NCBI RefSeq assembly: GCF_002105155.1
Contig: NW_019028979.1
Location: 1 to 64,000 of the forward strand
Origin: Lobosporangium transversale
Lineage: Eukaryota
DNA length: 64,000 nucleotides
Direction of reading: 5' to 3'
The notes beneath the pieces are model-generated. The model was not told the origin of the DNA and did not search any database. It saw only the letters and a list, made by a program, of their open reading frames with translations. Positions 51,662 to 64,000 of this stretch are shown here, one piece after another. The translations under genes were made by a program, and so were the position numbers. Every line of letters starts with the position of its first letter. Position 1 is the first letter of the stretch.

Positions 51662-54600
51662 CTATGGATTGAATTTGTAGATGTTCTTCATGTAAAAGTC
51701 TCCTTTGAAGACTTTAGCCTGACCTACAATCATCGTCATGCGCTCAATCAATGGTTCTGGTACTTGCTTGCTATTTTTAAGTAGTCCAGTAGCTCGATCA
51801 TGTCTCTTGCGGCGCGAGAACAGATCCCTGCTCGTATCTTTTCTCAGTCGTGTCTTTTCAGTCGATTCATCATGCTCATAGCCATCATAATGGTTATGGC
51901 TTTGGTGTTGCTGCAGCTGAATAGGTACACCATTACAACATTCCCTATCACTTTCATCTTCATTGGACACAAATGTATCATCATCTGAAACGACAGGCGA
52001 GACACTTGCTTCTACCCATGGCTGCTCTAGAGGATCGCCCTCCACGACAACACCTTGCTTTTGTTGAGCCATCCGCTTCTGCCTCATTATCTCAGCCTGT
52101 ACAGCAAGTGCTACTGCTCGTGCTTCCACTTGCTCCGAGACAGTAATTTTTAATGTGCCCATGTGTCCAGAGACCCTCAAGAATCTGTATCCTAAACGCT
52201 CCACAGAGACATGACTCTTGTACCCTTGCGGAAAAGAAGATAGCGCAGACAATGAAGACGAAGGCGAGTTCGATGTAGCGTCTGATATGGTGCTGTCTGC
52301 TGAGACATATGACGATCGCAAACTGATCGTAGACGAAAATTGTGGTAACATCGAGATCTTATTGTGTCCTGTCGCTGTCGCAGTCTTTGTCCCTGACGAA
52401 ATAAGCTCATCTCCTTCAAGCCGACTTATCATCTTAATGCCAATTTTGTCACGCCACCAGCGAAGCTCTGCGGGATCCTCAATCACTGTCCACTGTACTA
52501 GCGACGATCCATAAAAAGAAGCTCCAGTATCGAGCTCTAGCTTTTGAAGTCGCTGATGAACTGTCACAAAGAGGTGTTGAAATTTAAGACCTGCTTGGTT
52601 GCCTGCACGCCTAATAGAGCCATACGGATTAGACGATGATGTGGATGGGGTAGAGGGTGGCGAAAATGTTGGTGTTGCTTGCGGTGAAGCCATTCCCATT
52701 CCCATTGGAGTGGAAGGCGAGCTAGGAGGATGTTCTAAAACAGATGATCCACGACGAACTGGCGCCTGAGGAATATCGACTGCAGTGCTTTTCTGTGCCG
52801 AGGGGGAATATAAGGGCATACTAAGGCCAGTTGAACAAGAGTCTTCGGCGGCAGCAGTATTGGCGATAGTAGTCGACACTGTAAGTGATTTGTTCTTGTA
52901 ATCATTAGGATTATAAGGCGTGACGATAGCTCGAGACGTCCTTGACGGAACAGCTGGCGCCGAGGACGACGAGGGCGATTTAATTGCAGCGACTGCCTTA
53001 GATGCAAAACCTGAGATCACTCGTGGCTTCTTCTTCAAACTGAAGTAATCTGAGCCATCCGTATTACCACTATTTCCAGGTGTTGGTGTAGGGTTCGTTG
53101 ATGATCCAAAGATGCTCTTAGTCGGACTAACTGGTGTAGTCGTATCATATGAGTTAGCTTGGCCAGAAGATGAAGGTTCTTTGCTATGCCCATTGCTTCC
53201 TGAAGACCCATAGAAACTCGGTGTGGCCACGGCAATTGATCGTTGAAGGAGTAGCTTGGCCCCAAGTGTAAAACTACTGGCAGATTTAGCAAGGGCCTTA
53301 TATTCGGTGTAGGTCAGCAGGGTGTGGCGGCCCAGGCGAGTTACAAACACTCTTCGGCCCCCTGTGGATCTTGTTGAACTGAGAGTACTCTTGCTGCGTG
53401 AGCTGTCGCTACGGCGAGGCGGTCGGTTGGTATCTACAAGCGTAGCCACAGTTCCAGAGCTGGTGCGACGACCGATGGGTGGCTGCGGGAGCGTTGAAGG
53501 ACGCAGAGGCGATATAATATCTGTACCATGAACATCGAGGTCGGGTTGACGTTCGGCTGCTAAGGGGTCCATGAATGTATATTTTTTAGAAGCCTCAACA
53601 AAGTGAAGTTCGTTATCTTCCATTACATCAAACTTGAACTTGAGCCCATTCCGACTATAGATATGTAGCTGGCTGACTGCCTGCTTTTTGAACTGCGGTG
53701 ATGGCCCGTCTGTGGCTTCAGAGCCATGTTTATCGTACCCTGGCCCGTCTGTCGCCCCATTATGAGCTCCGTTAGTGCTGTTCCCAGAAGCAGAAGGGAT
53801 ACTTCCCTTTCGCGACGGCGTGCTCATGGAGGAACGTCGTTGGGCAGCCTTGTACTTCTTCTTTGAAATGAGATTCATGCCGTCGTAGCGCCCAGTCGCA
53901 TATACTCCTCTTCTTTTCTCCAATGTCTCTACGTCCATAGCATCCTTGTCTTTCGAAGTATATTCATTCTCACTATCAGGATAAGAGAACATTGAAGAAG
54001 GGGCTGGCTCTGAAAACTTGTGGGGTTGGTTATTCAACAAGCTCGCCCATTCTTCACGGTCCCCCTTTAAACAGTCGACCGCATCAATGACTTCCAAAAG
54101 AGATGAATTGAGGTTTTGTAGGCTAGTGTTGTTGTTTGACATGGTCAACAGTGCTTCAAAGTTTTCATCTTCCTCGCTATCTAAAGAGGATGGCACTTTT
54201 CGCTGTTTCTTGCGCTTTTGCAACAGCAGCTGTCGCTTTAGTTTCTGCGAGACCGAAACAGCCTCCAAGGACTCGAGAATAGATGTAGGAGTAGCATTGG
54301 TGGGTGATAATGAAGCTGGAGAGGCACTCAGCTCGGTGTCCAGCAGTGTAGATGAAATCGCTATCATAGAAGGGTCTTGCTTCTTGTATCTCCTGACGAG
54401 CTTGAACAAGAAGAACCCGTTGGGGCCATCCTGCTCCAGATCTAGATGAAATTGTTCAAAAACTTGCTCCTTTGTCAAGATCTGATGCGACTCGAGACGT
54501 TGATGATGGATGCCATCCTGATGCCAGAGCCAAGGCGCATTCCTGGTTGTTTGCTGCTTAAGGGATTTCGACGTAGTGTGAGATAATGATGTAGACGTGG

Positions 54601-56347
54601 GGAGTGCGGGCGAGCCTAAAGCTGCGTTCACGGACATTACTGTTTGGTCTGATGGCTTAGTATGTTTGACAGCTTCAATTTTTGGCCCCTCATTGGAAAC
54701 CTCTGGAAGCACAACTGGTGGATCGATTGGAGATTCCGGTGAATCAACTCCTGGCTTAATTAGGGGTACTCCAATTGTTGGTTTAGTAGGCGTATTCACC
54801 AGCGCCTCGCCATGCGGCCTATCAGGGAGCGGCTTTGACGGCTGTTGTACGAGAAGCTCAACAGGCAAGGGTCCCGAAAGAGCGCTTACCGTATGAACTG
54901 GAAAAGTACCAGGGAAGGCCCCGGGGAAGGCCCCAGGGAGAGCGCCTGGGGATGATGACACAGCCATAGACTCGTCACGGATAGATTGTGCAACTTTGTT
55001 AACAGGGACAAATGATTTTGGACTCGCGCCTGGGAATGAACCTGGCAATGAAGCGGCAATAATGGCTTTCTGTGTTGATTGAGGTCCCTCTGAATCCTGA
55101 TAACTCCCTAGGTCGGCAACTGTCTCTTCGAAGCCTTCCACCACAATATCTTGCCGAGTCCTAGCAGCGGGCTTGACCGAGGATTGTGTTGATATGACAT
55201 CTGCCTCGGGCGCTCCAATTTGATCAGCATTAGAGGTCTGCGTTAAGTTGACATCGAGCTCAATATTAAGCCTAGACGTATTAGAGGAGAGCATTGGTGG
55301 CGACTCGAAACCACTCGCTGCGTTCTTGTTCTGAATTTGTTCCGCAGGTCTAGATTGTTGGGCCTCATCTGAATTAGCAGTGGCGGAATGGGGCCTATCA
55401 GGTTTGTTTGCAGCTTTCGAATCTTTGCTGCTTCTATCTCCATCTTTGTCTGTAAAGATATCCTCCATGCTTTTTCGTGTAACTTTAATTGGTGATGATG
55501 GAGATTGTGAAAGGGACTCTTGATGACTATTCTCCAACAGCAAAGTATTGGATGCTGTGGGCAATACGTTCACAGTAAGGTTATTGCTGTCCTGCAAGGT
55601 TGGACGGCTTGGTGAAGGAGGTAGAAGAGACGTCGATGAAAAAGATCGTCCTTTGACTTCAATATTCCCTGCATCCTTGGTCGCCAATCCAGTATGTATT
55701 TGTCCATCAGTCAAATCTGTCACAGCTGACGTTGCCTTTTCTTTTCCCTTTATAGACCTCCTTGCCTTCGAGGTCGATGAAGTCGAGGATGATGCTATTG
55801 AAGCGGATCGCTGCTTTGAATGGGATATAGTGGACTGAGTAGAGCTGATCACTGAAGGATGCCCCAAATGCGGCTCCTGCGTCACACGTGGTTTAAATGA
55901 TGCTGAAGAGGCTGCAGATGACGATGTAACAGACAAAGTGGATGAAGCAGAGGTAATTGATATGGATTCTAATGGGCCTATTGTTGCTGTATCTGTTAAT
56001 GCTGTCGCGACGAAAGGCTCTCCCGAACTAAGCAATGGCGAGTGTAGCGTTGGGATCAAGCGATCTGGCGACATAGGTGTCTGCGCAACAACCATGGGGG
56101 CATGGTCCGCACTTGTGGGCGGCATGGCCATGTAGATGATAGAGTTGGTAGCCTTCTTCAATGTCTTCGTCCAACCCTTCTTCTTACGGTCACTTGTTGT
56201 CTCTTTTGAAAGCTGACTCGCTGTATCAGATGATGGTGTTTCCAATAGTGGATCTGCTGTTGAACCTGTAGTAATCTCATCTATAACCTTTACAGACTGT
56301 TGTTGTTGATGCTGCTGGGTAGATTTGTCAGTATCACGTTTCGCCAT
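51662..56347 (-). CDS. Large intronless Ser/Pro/Thr-rich hypothetical protein (1561 aa)
   Basis: Uninterrupted 4.7-kb ORF; no family recognised. Confidence 0.85.
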   Translation of the reverse strand: MAKRDTDKSTQQHQQQQSVKVIDEITTGSTADPLLETPSSDTASQLSKETTSDRKKKGWTKTLKKATNSIIYMAMPPTSADHAPMVVAQTPMSPDRLIPTLHSPLLSSGEPFVATALTDTATIGPLESISITSASSTLSVTSSSAASSASFKPRVTQEPHLGHPSVISSTQSTISHSKQRSASIASSSTSSTSKARRSIKGKEKATSAVTDLTDGQIHTGLATKDAGNIEVKGRSFSSTSLLPPSPSRPTLQDSNNLTVNVLPTASNTLLLENSHQESLSQSPSSPIKVTRKSMEDIFTDKDGDRSSKDSKAANKPDRPHSATANSDEAQQSRPAEQIQNKNAASGFESPPMLSSNTSRLNIELDVNLTQTSNADQIGAPEADVISTQSSVKPAARTRQDIVVEGFEETVADLGSYQDSEGPQSTQKAIIAASLPGSFPGASPKSFVPVNKVAQSIRDESMAVSSSPGALPGAFPGAFPGTFPVHTVSALSGPLPVELLVQQPSKPLPDRPHGEALVNTPTKPTIGVPLIKPGVDSPESPIDPPVVLPEVSNEGPKIEAVKHTKPSDQTVMSVNAALGSPALPTSTSLSHTTSKSLKQQTTRNAPWLWHQDGIHHQRLESHQILTKEQVFEQFHLDLEQDGPNGFFLFKLVRRYKKQDPSMIAISSTLLDTELSASPASLSPTNATPTSILESLEAVSVSQKLKRQLLLQKRKKQRKVPSSLDSEEDENFEALLTMSNNNTSLQNLNSSLLEVIDAVDCLKGDREEWASLLNNQPHKFSEPAPSSMFSYPDSENEYTSKDKDAMDVETLEKRRGVYATGRYDGMNLISKKKYKAAQRRSSMSTPSRKGSIPSASGNSTNGAHNGATDGPGYDKHGSEATDGPSPQFKKQAVSQLHIYSRNGLKFKFDVMEDNELHFVEASKKYTFMDPLAAERQPDLDVHGTDIISPLRPSTLPQPPIGRRTSSGTVATLVDTNRPPRRSDSSRSKSTLSSTRSTGGRRVFVTRLGRHTLLTYTEYKALAKSASSFTLGAKLLLQRSIAVATPSFYGSSGSNGHSKEPSSSGQANSYDTTTPVSPTKSIFGSSTNPTPTPGNSGNTDGSDYFSLKKKPRVISGFASKAVAAIKSPSSSSAPAVPSRTSRAIVTPYNPNDYKNKSLTVSTTIANTAAAEDSCSTGLSMPLYSPSAQKSTAVDIPQAPVRRGSSVLEHPPSSPSTPMGMGMASPQATPTFSPPSTPSTSSSNPYGSIRRAGNQAGLKFQHLFVTVHQRLQKLELDTGASFYGSSLVQWTVIEDPAELRWWRDKIGIKMISRLEGDELISSGTKTATATGHNKISMLPQFSSTISLRSSYVSADSTISDATSNSPSSSLSALSSFPQGYKSHVSVERLGYRFLRVSGHMGTLKITVSEQVEARAVALAVQAEIMRQKRMAQQKQGVVVEGDPLEQPWVEASVSPVVSDDDTFVSNEDESDRECCNGVPIQLQQHQSHNHYDGYEHDESTEKTRLRKDTSRDLFSRRKRHDRATGLLKNSKQVPEPLIERMTMIVGQAKVFKGDFYMKNIYKFNP

Positions 56348-58358
56348 TATGATTTATTTTTAAATAGATACAGCTGTCTGGCACTGATACTTGTAATGGA
56401 CGGTTCTTCTGTTTTTCCGTTTAACCACACTCGTGTTTCTTTCTTTGATCGTATACTGTATAATTTTGTCCGAGAGCTCTCATACTATCGAATGTATTGA
56501 ACAGGATAAGCATAAAGGCATCAGAAATGAATAATGGAAGAAAGATAAAGTGGGCAAATGGTTCAATATCACAAAAGCAATATGAGCACTTTTCTTCCTC
56601 TTCTCTCTTGCCCCCAAGTTGAAGGTGTAACATTATAGGTACAAGAAAATGCTCATTGTTGCACTGTTTGCATTGCCTCAAAATGTGCTCATGTGTCAAC
56701 ATGCTTACCACTAGTATATTGAATCGCCGTCTCTTCCTTTCTGGTACACACTTGCTATCGTTATAGCTGCTTTGGTGATTAACAATTTGTCGTTTTGACG
56801 CTTTGTTGTGCTGTTATGCTTCGCCTCAGAGGTCTCACTTTGTGTGGTTTAAATTTTCCCCTGCGCCTTTTTTTTCTTGCGTTCGAAGGCTCGAGCTGGA
56901 AATGACAGTGCAAATTAGAAGGAGAGCAGCAGATCTCAGTCAGCAATGCTTATTCTCATTCATTCTCCATCTAAAGTCAATGTCTTCAGCATGGAATGCT
57001 TCCAATGGCTCAAACTGAGCAGCAATGAAGCAACAAACGTCGTGCATATATGAGCTCGGAAATGTTTTATAAGACATGTAGTATCTTTACCCAGATCCTT
57101 GGTTTGGATTCAATTTTTTTTTTTGTTTCAATGTACACACGTTGAGCTCGGGGCAGAATAAGGATAAAACGAGGGAAAGAAGACGAGACTTTTGTATAAG
57201 TCGTTGGTGTGAATTTGTGGGTCAGGCTGTGAGGTGCTGTGGAGATGCAGAGAAGGAAGAACAATAAAACTGTTGTTGTCGTGTGCGTGCTATGCACTAC
57301 AAAAAAAAAAAAAAAAAAAAGGGATTGGTGCGGGAAAGTAGAAGAAGTGGAGAAAGAAAGAAAAGGAGATATTCATTTCTTTCCCTCCACTTCTTCTTCT
57401 GGGATTGCATCTTCCTCTCCACAACCAGTCGATGCATGACAAGTCTGAGAGCTTTCTCTTTAGTGAAACTGTAGTTTGTTGGTTTGTCAGAAAACAGCCA
57501 AAAATGTATTTGTGTATATACTTTGGGCGACAATCTCTGTATCAATCTCTGAACTTTGCGCACTGTCTTTTTCATGATCAGTAAATTATGGAGTATAGAG
57601 CCTTCTTCTCGTCTTTGTCTCATGATTCTATCGCCCAATTGACACAAGCATGTCTGCTCTCTTTCTTCATTCTATTACTTCTTCCGCACTATTCTAGCTC
57701 GCAGAATGCTCTCTTACCGACATCCTCCGCTAATCATCTCATGGATGGTTGACTTTAGGAATTGAACTGTAGCTGTATATACTGTCCATGAGTTTTTTTC
57801 TCAACGGTAGCCATCATTTACACATTGGGCGCACATTTAGACATAGAGGCTGCATTGGGACTCCTCATAAATAGGGAGTCTTTGCGAGCTTTTTCTGGGT
57901 ATGATGACTGACCCAAATAGAAACAAACCAATAAAGTAAATAGAAACAACGGAAACTTTCTCTCCACAACAACAATCCGTTGCCCCAAGCGCGCGTCTAA
58001 ACAACAAGGCCTTTGGGCAGAAAGAGAGTCTCATTACGTTTATTCACCAAGGGGAAGAGTAGCATGAAAAGAACTTGGACACAAATGCACATGCAATAGC
58101 CTCTCCTTCGTCACAGACAACAGAGGGAGACGTTAAATGAGCAGAAGCAAAAAAAAAAAAAAAAAAAAAAAAGTTACTCACTCTAAAGAGAACATGATAA
58201 AAAAAGAAATAATTGCCTCCGCAGTCAGGGTCCTTTTTTAAATGTAGAATTAATGAATATAAATTTCCAAGGCATGTGGAGAAGTCGAAATAACAACACA
58301 CCCACTGAAAATTTAAATGAAAGCATGAAGGCATTCATGCTATTTCTGCACACAAAGA

Positions 58359-60799
58359 TCAGTAATGTGCCTCGATGACATCCTGCAATAAGGCTGCTCT
58401 TGTACGCAGTAATTGTGTGGCAAAGGCTTTGGCCCCATAAGCTGCTCGCTCCCCACAGATCACTATAAATACATAATAGACAATATACTTTCAATGGTCA
58501 GGCACAATTTAGGCACAATTTCAGGCATAAAAAAGAAGCCTATTACATTTCAATAGGAGAAGGTCGCGCGAAGCATAGTCTCGTTGAAGAACTGCTGGGA
58601 AATCGAGGGGTGAAAAGTCTTGAATGTCGTCTTTGACCGCAATGGATACGCGATATGATTGAGCTTCGGACGAATTATTATTTGGTATAGGTTGAACAAT
58701 ACAAATGATGTCTAATGTCGAAGAGGTAGTTTTGTATTACACAATATGTATATGCATGAATACTTTAGTCTAATATTGACCAATGGATCAGAGTCATAAA
58801 ACTATGCAACATTAGGCAATCAGAAGAGAAAAAAAAACACAAGTGTATTCATACGGTTTTGACGCGAGCTCACGCTACTGAGATCGAACTGCTCTTCATC
58901 ATCACTCGCCTTGAACACAATAACAACCTGTTGTAGGGATGGTGCGAAGAGATTAATTTTCTCTGAAACGAAAACAGAATGGTATTTTTTAGCTCTACAC
59001 ACACAAAAATCTGTTTACAATATCATTCCCGATAAAGCGGCGGCGTTCTACTTGCTGCTGGTCGTTAGGGTTAAAAGGCATGAAGGGTGCACAGTGAAAC
59101 ATTATCTGATATCCGTTCCAATTTGTAAAAATGGATGACTCTCCTGTCGTGTTACCTAGTCATGCACCTTGATACAAATCAGCCCAATTTTTTTTTACCC
59201 TTGTGATCAATGCATACAACAGTAGAAGAAAACAACGAAGGTCACTAATACAAAATGGCTGGTTAAGCCTGCTTCTTTTACCTATGACATCTAGACCAGC
59301 TCTGTATCCCTTCCAGCCCTGAAGTCGAATTGGCTCACCAAGCCAGTGGAGAAAGTCCATGAAAGCAGGAGTACAAGAATCTACTCGGTATTTATTCAAG
59401 GTAAAGAGTTGGAGATGTGAATAATGTTAAGTTGTCTGCACTAAGGGACACATTGATGAGGAGAGCTCAGTCCTGAACACTATTTGCGTTAAACACGCTG
59501 TCCTCTTTTTCCTGAATGCAGCTATTTGTTCATGAAATTTTGTAGGTCTGATTGTGATTCTCTCGATTCAACCCATACGTGGAGTTTTGTAGATGGAAAG
59601 AAAACAATGATAAAACACACTCGCTCTCGATTCATTCGCTTTTCCATGTAGTCAACCTAGGACTCTAGCTTTCAAATAAGAAAATAAAAAAAAATAAAAA
59701 TAAAAATAAAAAAAAGAACCTCATCCATTACCACATGGGTTGGACAATCCTTGGTGCTCTAATGTTTGTCCTGGCAACAGGTGAAATATTCCAAACTTGT
59801 AACATTTGATGATCTGTCGTTCTTCCATGCGTATCAATTCACGAGGCAGATTTGGATGTTGACAAAGCTTCAACGTGTTAATAGGCATTGTCGGGCAGAC
59901 TTGAGTTAGAATGAAAAGACCGGATATTCCAAAGAGTCTCCTAAACCAGGGAAGATCCAAATCCGAAATTGAGTGTTCTATTCTTTCGCTGCCCTAAGAA
60001 CAAAAAAAAGTTTATTAGTGGTTTCTGAAATTAAGAGTAGGGACAATGACAATCATTAAAGTTGCTGTCCATTACCTGTGTAGTTCTAGAAAGAATCCTA
60101 ATACAACCTTCATGGTCAACAATTACGGAGACTATAATCGGTCCTTGTTCGGATGTCGTTGCCATGTAGTTATAATGGGCTTGACAGCAACAACAATGCC
60201 ATCGTCATCGCCATCACCACCGCCATCATAACCATCATAACCACCATCAAAAGAAAAGAATAAAATAAAAGAATGGGACGGAGGAGAAGAGAGGAAAGAA
60301 AATGAGAGACTTGTAAGCTTTTTATACTTGCGCATTGATATAAACTGTATGCCATCTTCAAGCAAATCATATCAAATATCGTCTTTACGTTTATCATAAA
60401 AATATGTCTGATAAAACTCCAAGTCGTTTTCTCGGTCTTGTAAAAGTATGGCTCGGTCGACAACAGCCTTGTTGGACGATATGGATGACGAAAGACATGT
60501 CGATTGTTGGAGAGTGCTGGTAGAAACCGATTGTTTTACAAAGTAGTTGGTGAGGTATCGGAAATTGGATGTTGAGGATGTAGTGGAGATTGAAGAAGAC
60601 AAAACAGTAGCAGCAGCAACGGTCATTCCGATGGATGGATCTCTATGACCTAGAAAAGATACATCACCCCGAAAAGAAAAAAATTGAAAAAGAAACCCCC
60701 CTCACTTATGAAGCCACTCTTTTTTATAGATTATTGTTGGTTTTGAAGCGTAACTTGGAGTGAGGACTGGAAGTGTTATCAGAAGGAAAAGGATGAGCG

Positions 60800-60832
<33 letters not shown>

Positions 60833-61130
60833 GCAAACGAGAGAAAGAGCAGGAAAGTTGTTTCGACAGCAACGACTGAATGAGAACTGAATAAACGGAA
60901 AAAACGGGCACAATGCATTCCAATAAGGATGAAAATCAGGGGTGAAATATCATGCATCGATCCCTCACCCTGCTTTTGGACATCAAGAACTTGGTCTCAA
61001 TACTCTCCGAGCAATGCATCTCCAGCTTTTCATCAGACAGTAGATGTTGCTCATATGCTGGTAAAAGCTCATGCGAGAATGACAGCAAAACTTTTATAGG
61101 AGTGGGTGGAAAAGTTAAGCAATACATGAC
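58359..61130 (-). CDS. Rap/Ran-GAP domain protein (multi-exon; 5' end uncertain)
   Basis: HYNY...GPIIVS, YKFGI, FLHWLGEPIRLQGWKGYRAGLD, IMFHCAPFMP, QQVERRRFIGNDI|VVIVF (Asn thumb), ICGERAAY...RTRAALL. Confidence 0.88.
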
Positions 61131-62258
61131 TAATAAAGGCTTTTGAAGCAAACACAGCCTTTTTTTTTTTTTTTTTTTCTTAACACATTCATTAACTTTT
61201 GAGTATTGAGTTTTTCTTTTATAATATTTATGCATATTATTATATCCGTAACGATGACGATAAGTTAAATACAATTCAATGACGTGGTAAAGGAGCTTTT
61301 ATGCTTGCTTCTATCTCCCAGGTAAAATGAAAAAGTGTATGACCAAGAAATGGCAACACATCCTTGTGGCATATCGTTCGCTCCTTTTTAGGAACAATAT
61401 AAATTTTACACCCTTCATTTGTATCGTCTGTATCATTTGTAAACAATACAACAAATAAAGAACCCTCTATCCACCGCGCGAGTGGACGCGTTGTGGTTGA
61501 AAGCAAATCCTTACACAACGTTTCTTAGTTTCACACAAGATATTAATTACATAAACTCGCCCACCAATGAAGAAATAGGAAGTCGAAAAGGGCGTTGCTG
61601 GACACACGTGTGGAGTGGCAAGCCACAAACAGAGATGACAAGATAAAGTTTGTACGCAAATTAATTAATGAGAAATATAAAATATTCAGCGAAGTGTGTG
61701 AGAAAGAGTCCAATCATTTACCCATTCACTGTTCTGTACCTGAACCTGATAAAGATAGAATTATACTCCGGCTACAATAAAACCCATTATCAAATATCAA
61801 ATCAGAAATATAATAAATAAATATGATCCTATAGCCCTAATTTATTGTTGTGAACTTTTTCCTTGCCCCCATTCGCTCAACAATGTCGAGGCTTCAGTTA
61901 CACGGCGGAGACTTTGTTCCACTGCGTAGAAACATATTTATCAGCAGTGAAAGGGATCATCATGTTTGGAATACACTCTGTACTTCGTACTCCTCATGTG
62001 TATTCAAATAATATTTAACAGTTCATTATACATCTGGTTTCTTTAACGTTCTGTTTGTTTTGTGAAGCACTAGGTGGTTCATTACTGCTGTTTAAGCTAG
62101 TCTTCAAAAAACCCCCGTTCAGGGCTCTATTACTTTAGTATAAAAAAAAAGACGTTTGCCATAAACATTCTAATTTGAGCTACAACATGTACATGTACAA
62201 TAAAATCTTCAATCCGTTGATTCACACTTCTAGTGTTGTCCTAGGCATGTCATGGAGA

Positions 62259-62295
<37 letters not shown>

Positions 62296-64000
62296 GAATA
62301 CTGTACATGTATAATACATGATGCATTTCTAAAATATCTTTGCTCGCGTTTTTGAGAGCTTCACCAGAAATGTACCCTATGCTTAAAAAAATGTTTGTCA
62401 TGGCAAAGCGAGAACGCTCATAATGATGATGGCTATCATAGAATTTTTATTCTATTCTATTTATCAATATAATAAATACACGTTCAACATTAATGAAGTT
62501 CCATTACATCGTGAGGTAAGGCTTCATCCGGACTCTCGGGTAAAAAGAAAAAAGTCGGACCAAGCTATTTGGTGTACGAACGCTTGAGGTTATAGTGAGC
62601 GTGCACCGTGAAATATCAGTATTGCTTGGCATTTGTCTCGACAAGTCAATAGTGAAATAGAGCCATTCTCAGATTGTACTACAGCCCATTAGTCGATTAA
62701 TGAAATGAACTGTTCCACAGTTTGACATTCCTTGAAGGTTGGAACCATGCAATTTTTCAAACAGTATGTACATGTACTACATGCAAACAAATATATACAC
62801 ATTTGATACTTCCATATACTTTATATTAATACAATTGGCATAATATACATAAAAAAATAAGCATTTCAGGCAAGAAAAGGAGAGACAAGTGAGAATGCGA
62901 AGGCGAATGAAGAGTAGCTTTAGACTCATGGTATGGAATGGATTTCGTCTTTTTTTTTTTTTAAGGTTGCCTCTTTTTTATTTTTGTCCCTTTCCTCTCT
63001 TCTTTCATTTCCTTCTCTCCTTCTCTTTCCTCCTTCGCTCTCTCTTTTGCACAACCCTCTTCTTTTTTCTTTTATTCCTTCCTCTCTTTTCAGGAAACAC
63101 TCTCTCGGGCGCTTGATCTTCTACCCAGTCAACCCTCTCTCGTCCACTCCTAATTCTCACTATTATCGCTTAACGCCTCTTCCGTCTTATATCCAGGCCC
63201 CTATTTTTTGTCGACATAGTCCTCTTTATCTCTCTCTCAACCACTTTCGACACCTTCAATATCCAGACCAACAATTTCTTGTTTTGGCCCGATAGCCGTT
63301 GTCCATCCTAGAACAACCCTTCCTCCTTTCCTTCATCCTACGTACTTTACAGGATATCAGGTTAATCTTTTCTCTGTTCGTCAGCCAGAAAAGCAGGTGC
63401 GTGAAATGATTTGCAAACCCGACCCAGTCTAATTTGGATTTAATTTAGTGGTCAACCCACAGACAACAATACAGGAACAAAGTTACGCCTGGTACAACAC
63501 GACACAAATATAAAACAGGGGCAAAAGGAGTGAGAAGCGAAACAGATTGATCATTAATCCAAATAATACTCCAATGCATATGCACTTGAGGAAAAAAAAG
63601 AGTAAAGAGACCAAAAGAATACTGGGTTGCATATCTATTAAGGGATATACAATGGTTTGAGATGCACCTTTCTCTGCACTTGGACCACTCTTTTTGATAC
63701 ATTTTTAAACTGCGGAGGAGGTGGTGAGAATCAATACCTGAATTCCTTCGTTTGATATCCATAATCATAGGAGGATGTCATCCAATGCAACCATGTATCA
63801 CCGACTCTTCAACACATGGGCACTCTCTATTTCCAATAGTCTCTTGCTCTTTTTTCTGCACCTAATAGTGCTATTTCAGTTGGGATCAAAATCTGAGAGC
63901 GTTACCAGAGACAGGGCGAAAAAGATACAGTTTTATTATAGTTATTATTATATTTTTATTATTATCAGTGTGGGAGAGCTCACATCTTATTTCCGATTTC

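Noticed and set aside
61300..64000. Possible gene start near the window end
   Set aside because: A CT-rich promoter-like tract and splice-like signals are present, but no coherent reading frame could be built.

Overview
Intron-rich eukaryotic DNA that looks fungal. The gene content and style suggest Mucoromycota/Mortierellaceae, which is an inference. Long poly-A/T tracts fill introns and intergenic DNA. The window opens with a ~3.37 kb element bounded by ~54-bp terminal inverted repeats (1-54 / 3325-3377) with TA at both outer edges. On the minus strand it carries a spliced, now disrupted Fanzor1-type (eukaryotic TnpB-like, RNA-guided RuvC nuclease) gene, whose stop codon abuts a hairpin-forming end that is a candidate omegaRNA scaffold. 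Host genes follow: eIF2-gamma, URI/Bud27, DPM1, TRM61, an Rpr2/Rpp21-domain protein, Asn-tRNA synthetase, Opy2, a tandem DPBB/expansin-like protein, a Urg1-like GTP cyclohydrolase II family protein, a septin, Arl8, a 4-TM MARVEL-like protein, V-ATPase c' and a RapGAP. Accessory features are a decayed IS630/Tc1-type DDE transposase, an intact PD-(D/E)XK nuclease-like gene, an intronless DUF4326 gene and a 1561-aa orphan ORF. Exon structures were read by eye and some start codons are uncertain. No database searches were run.
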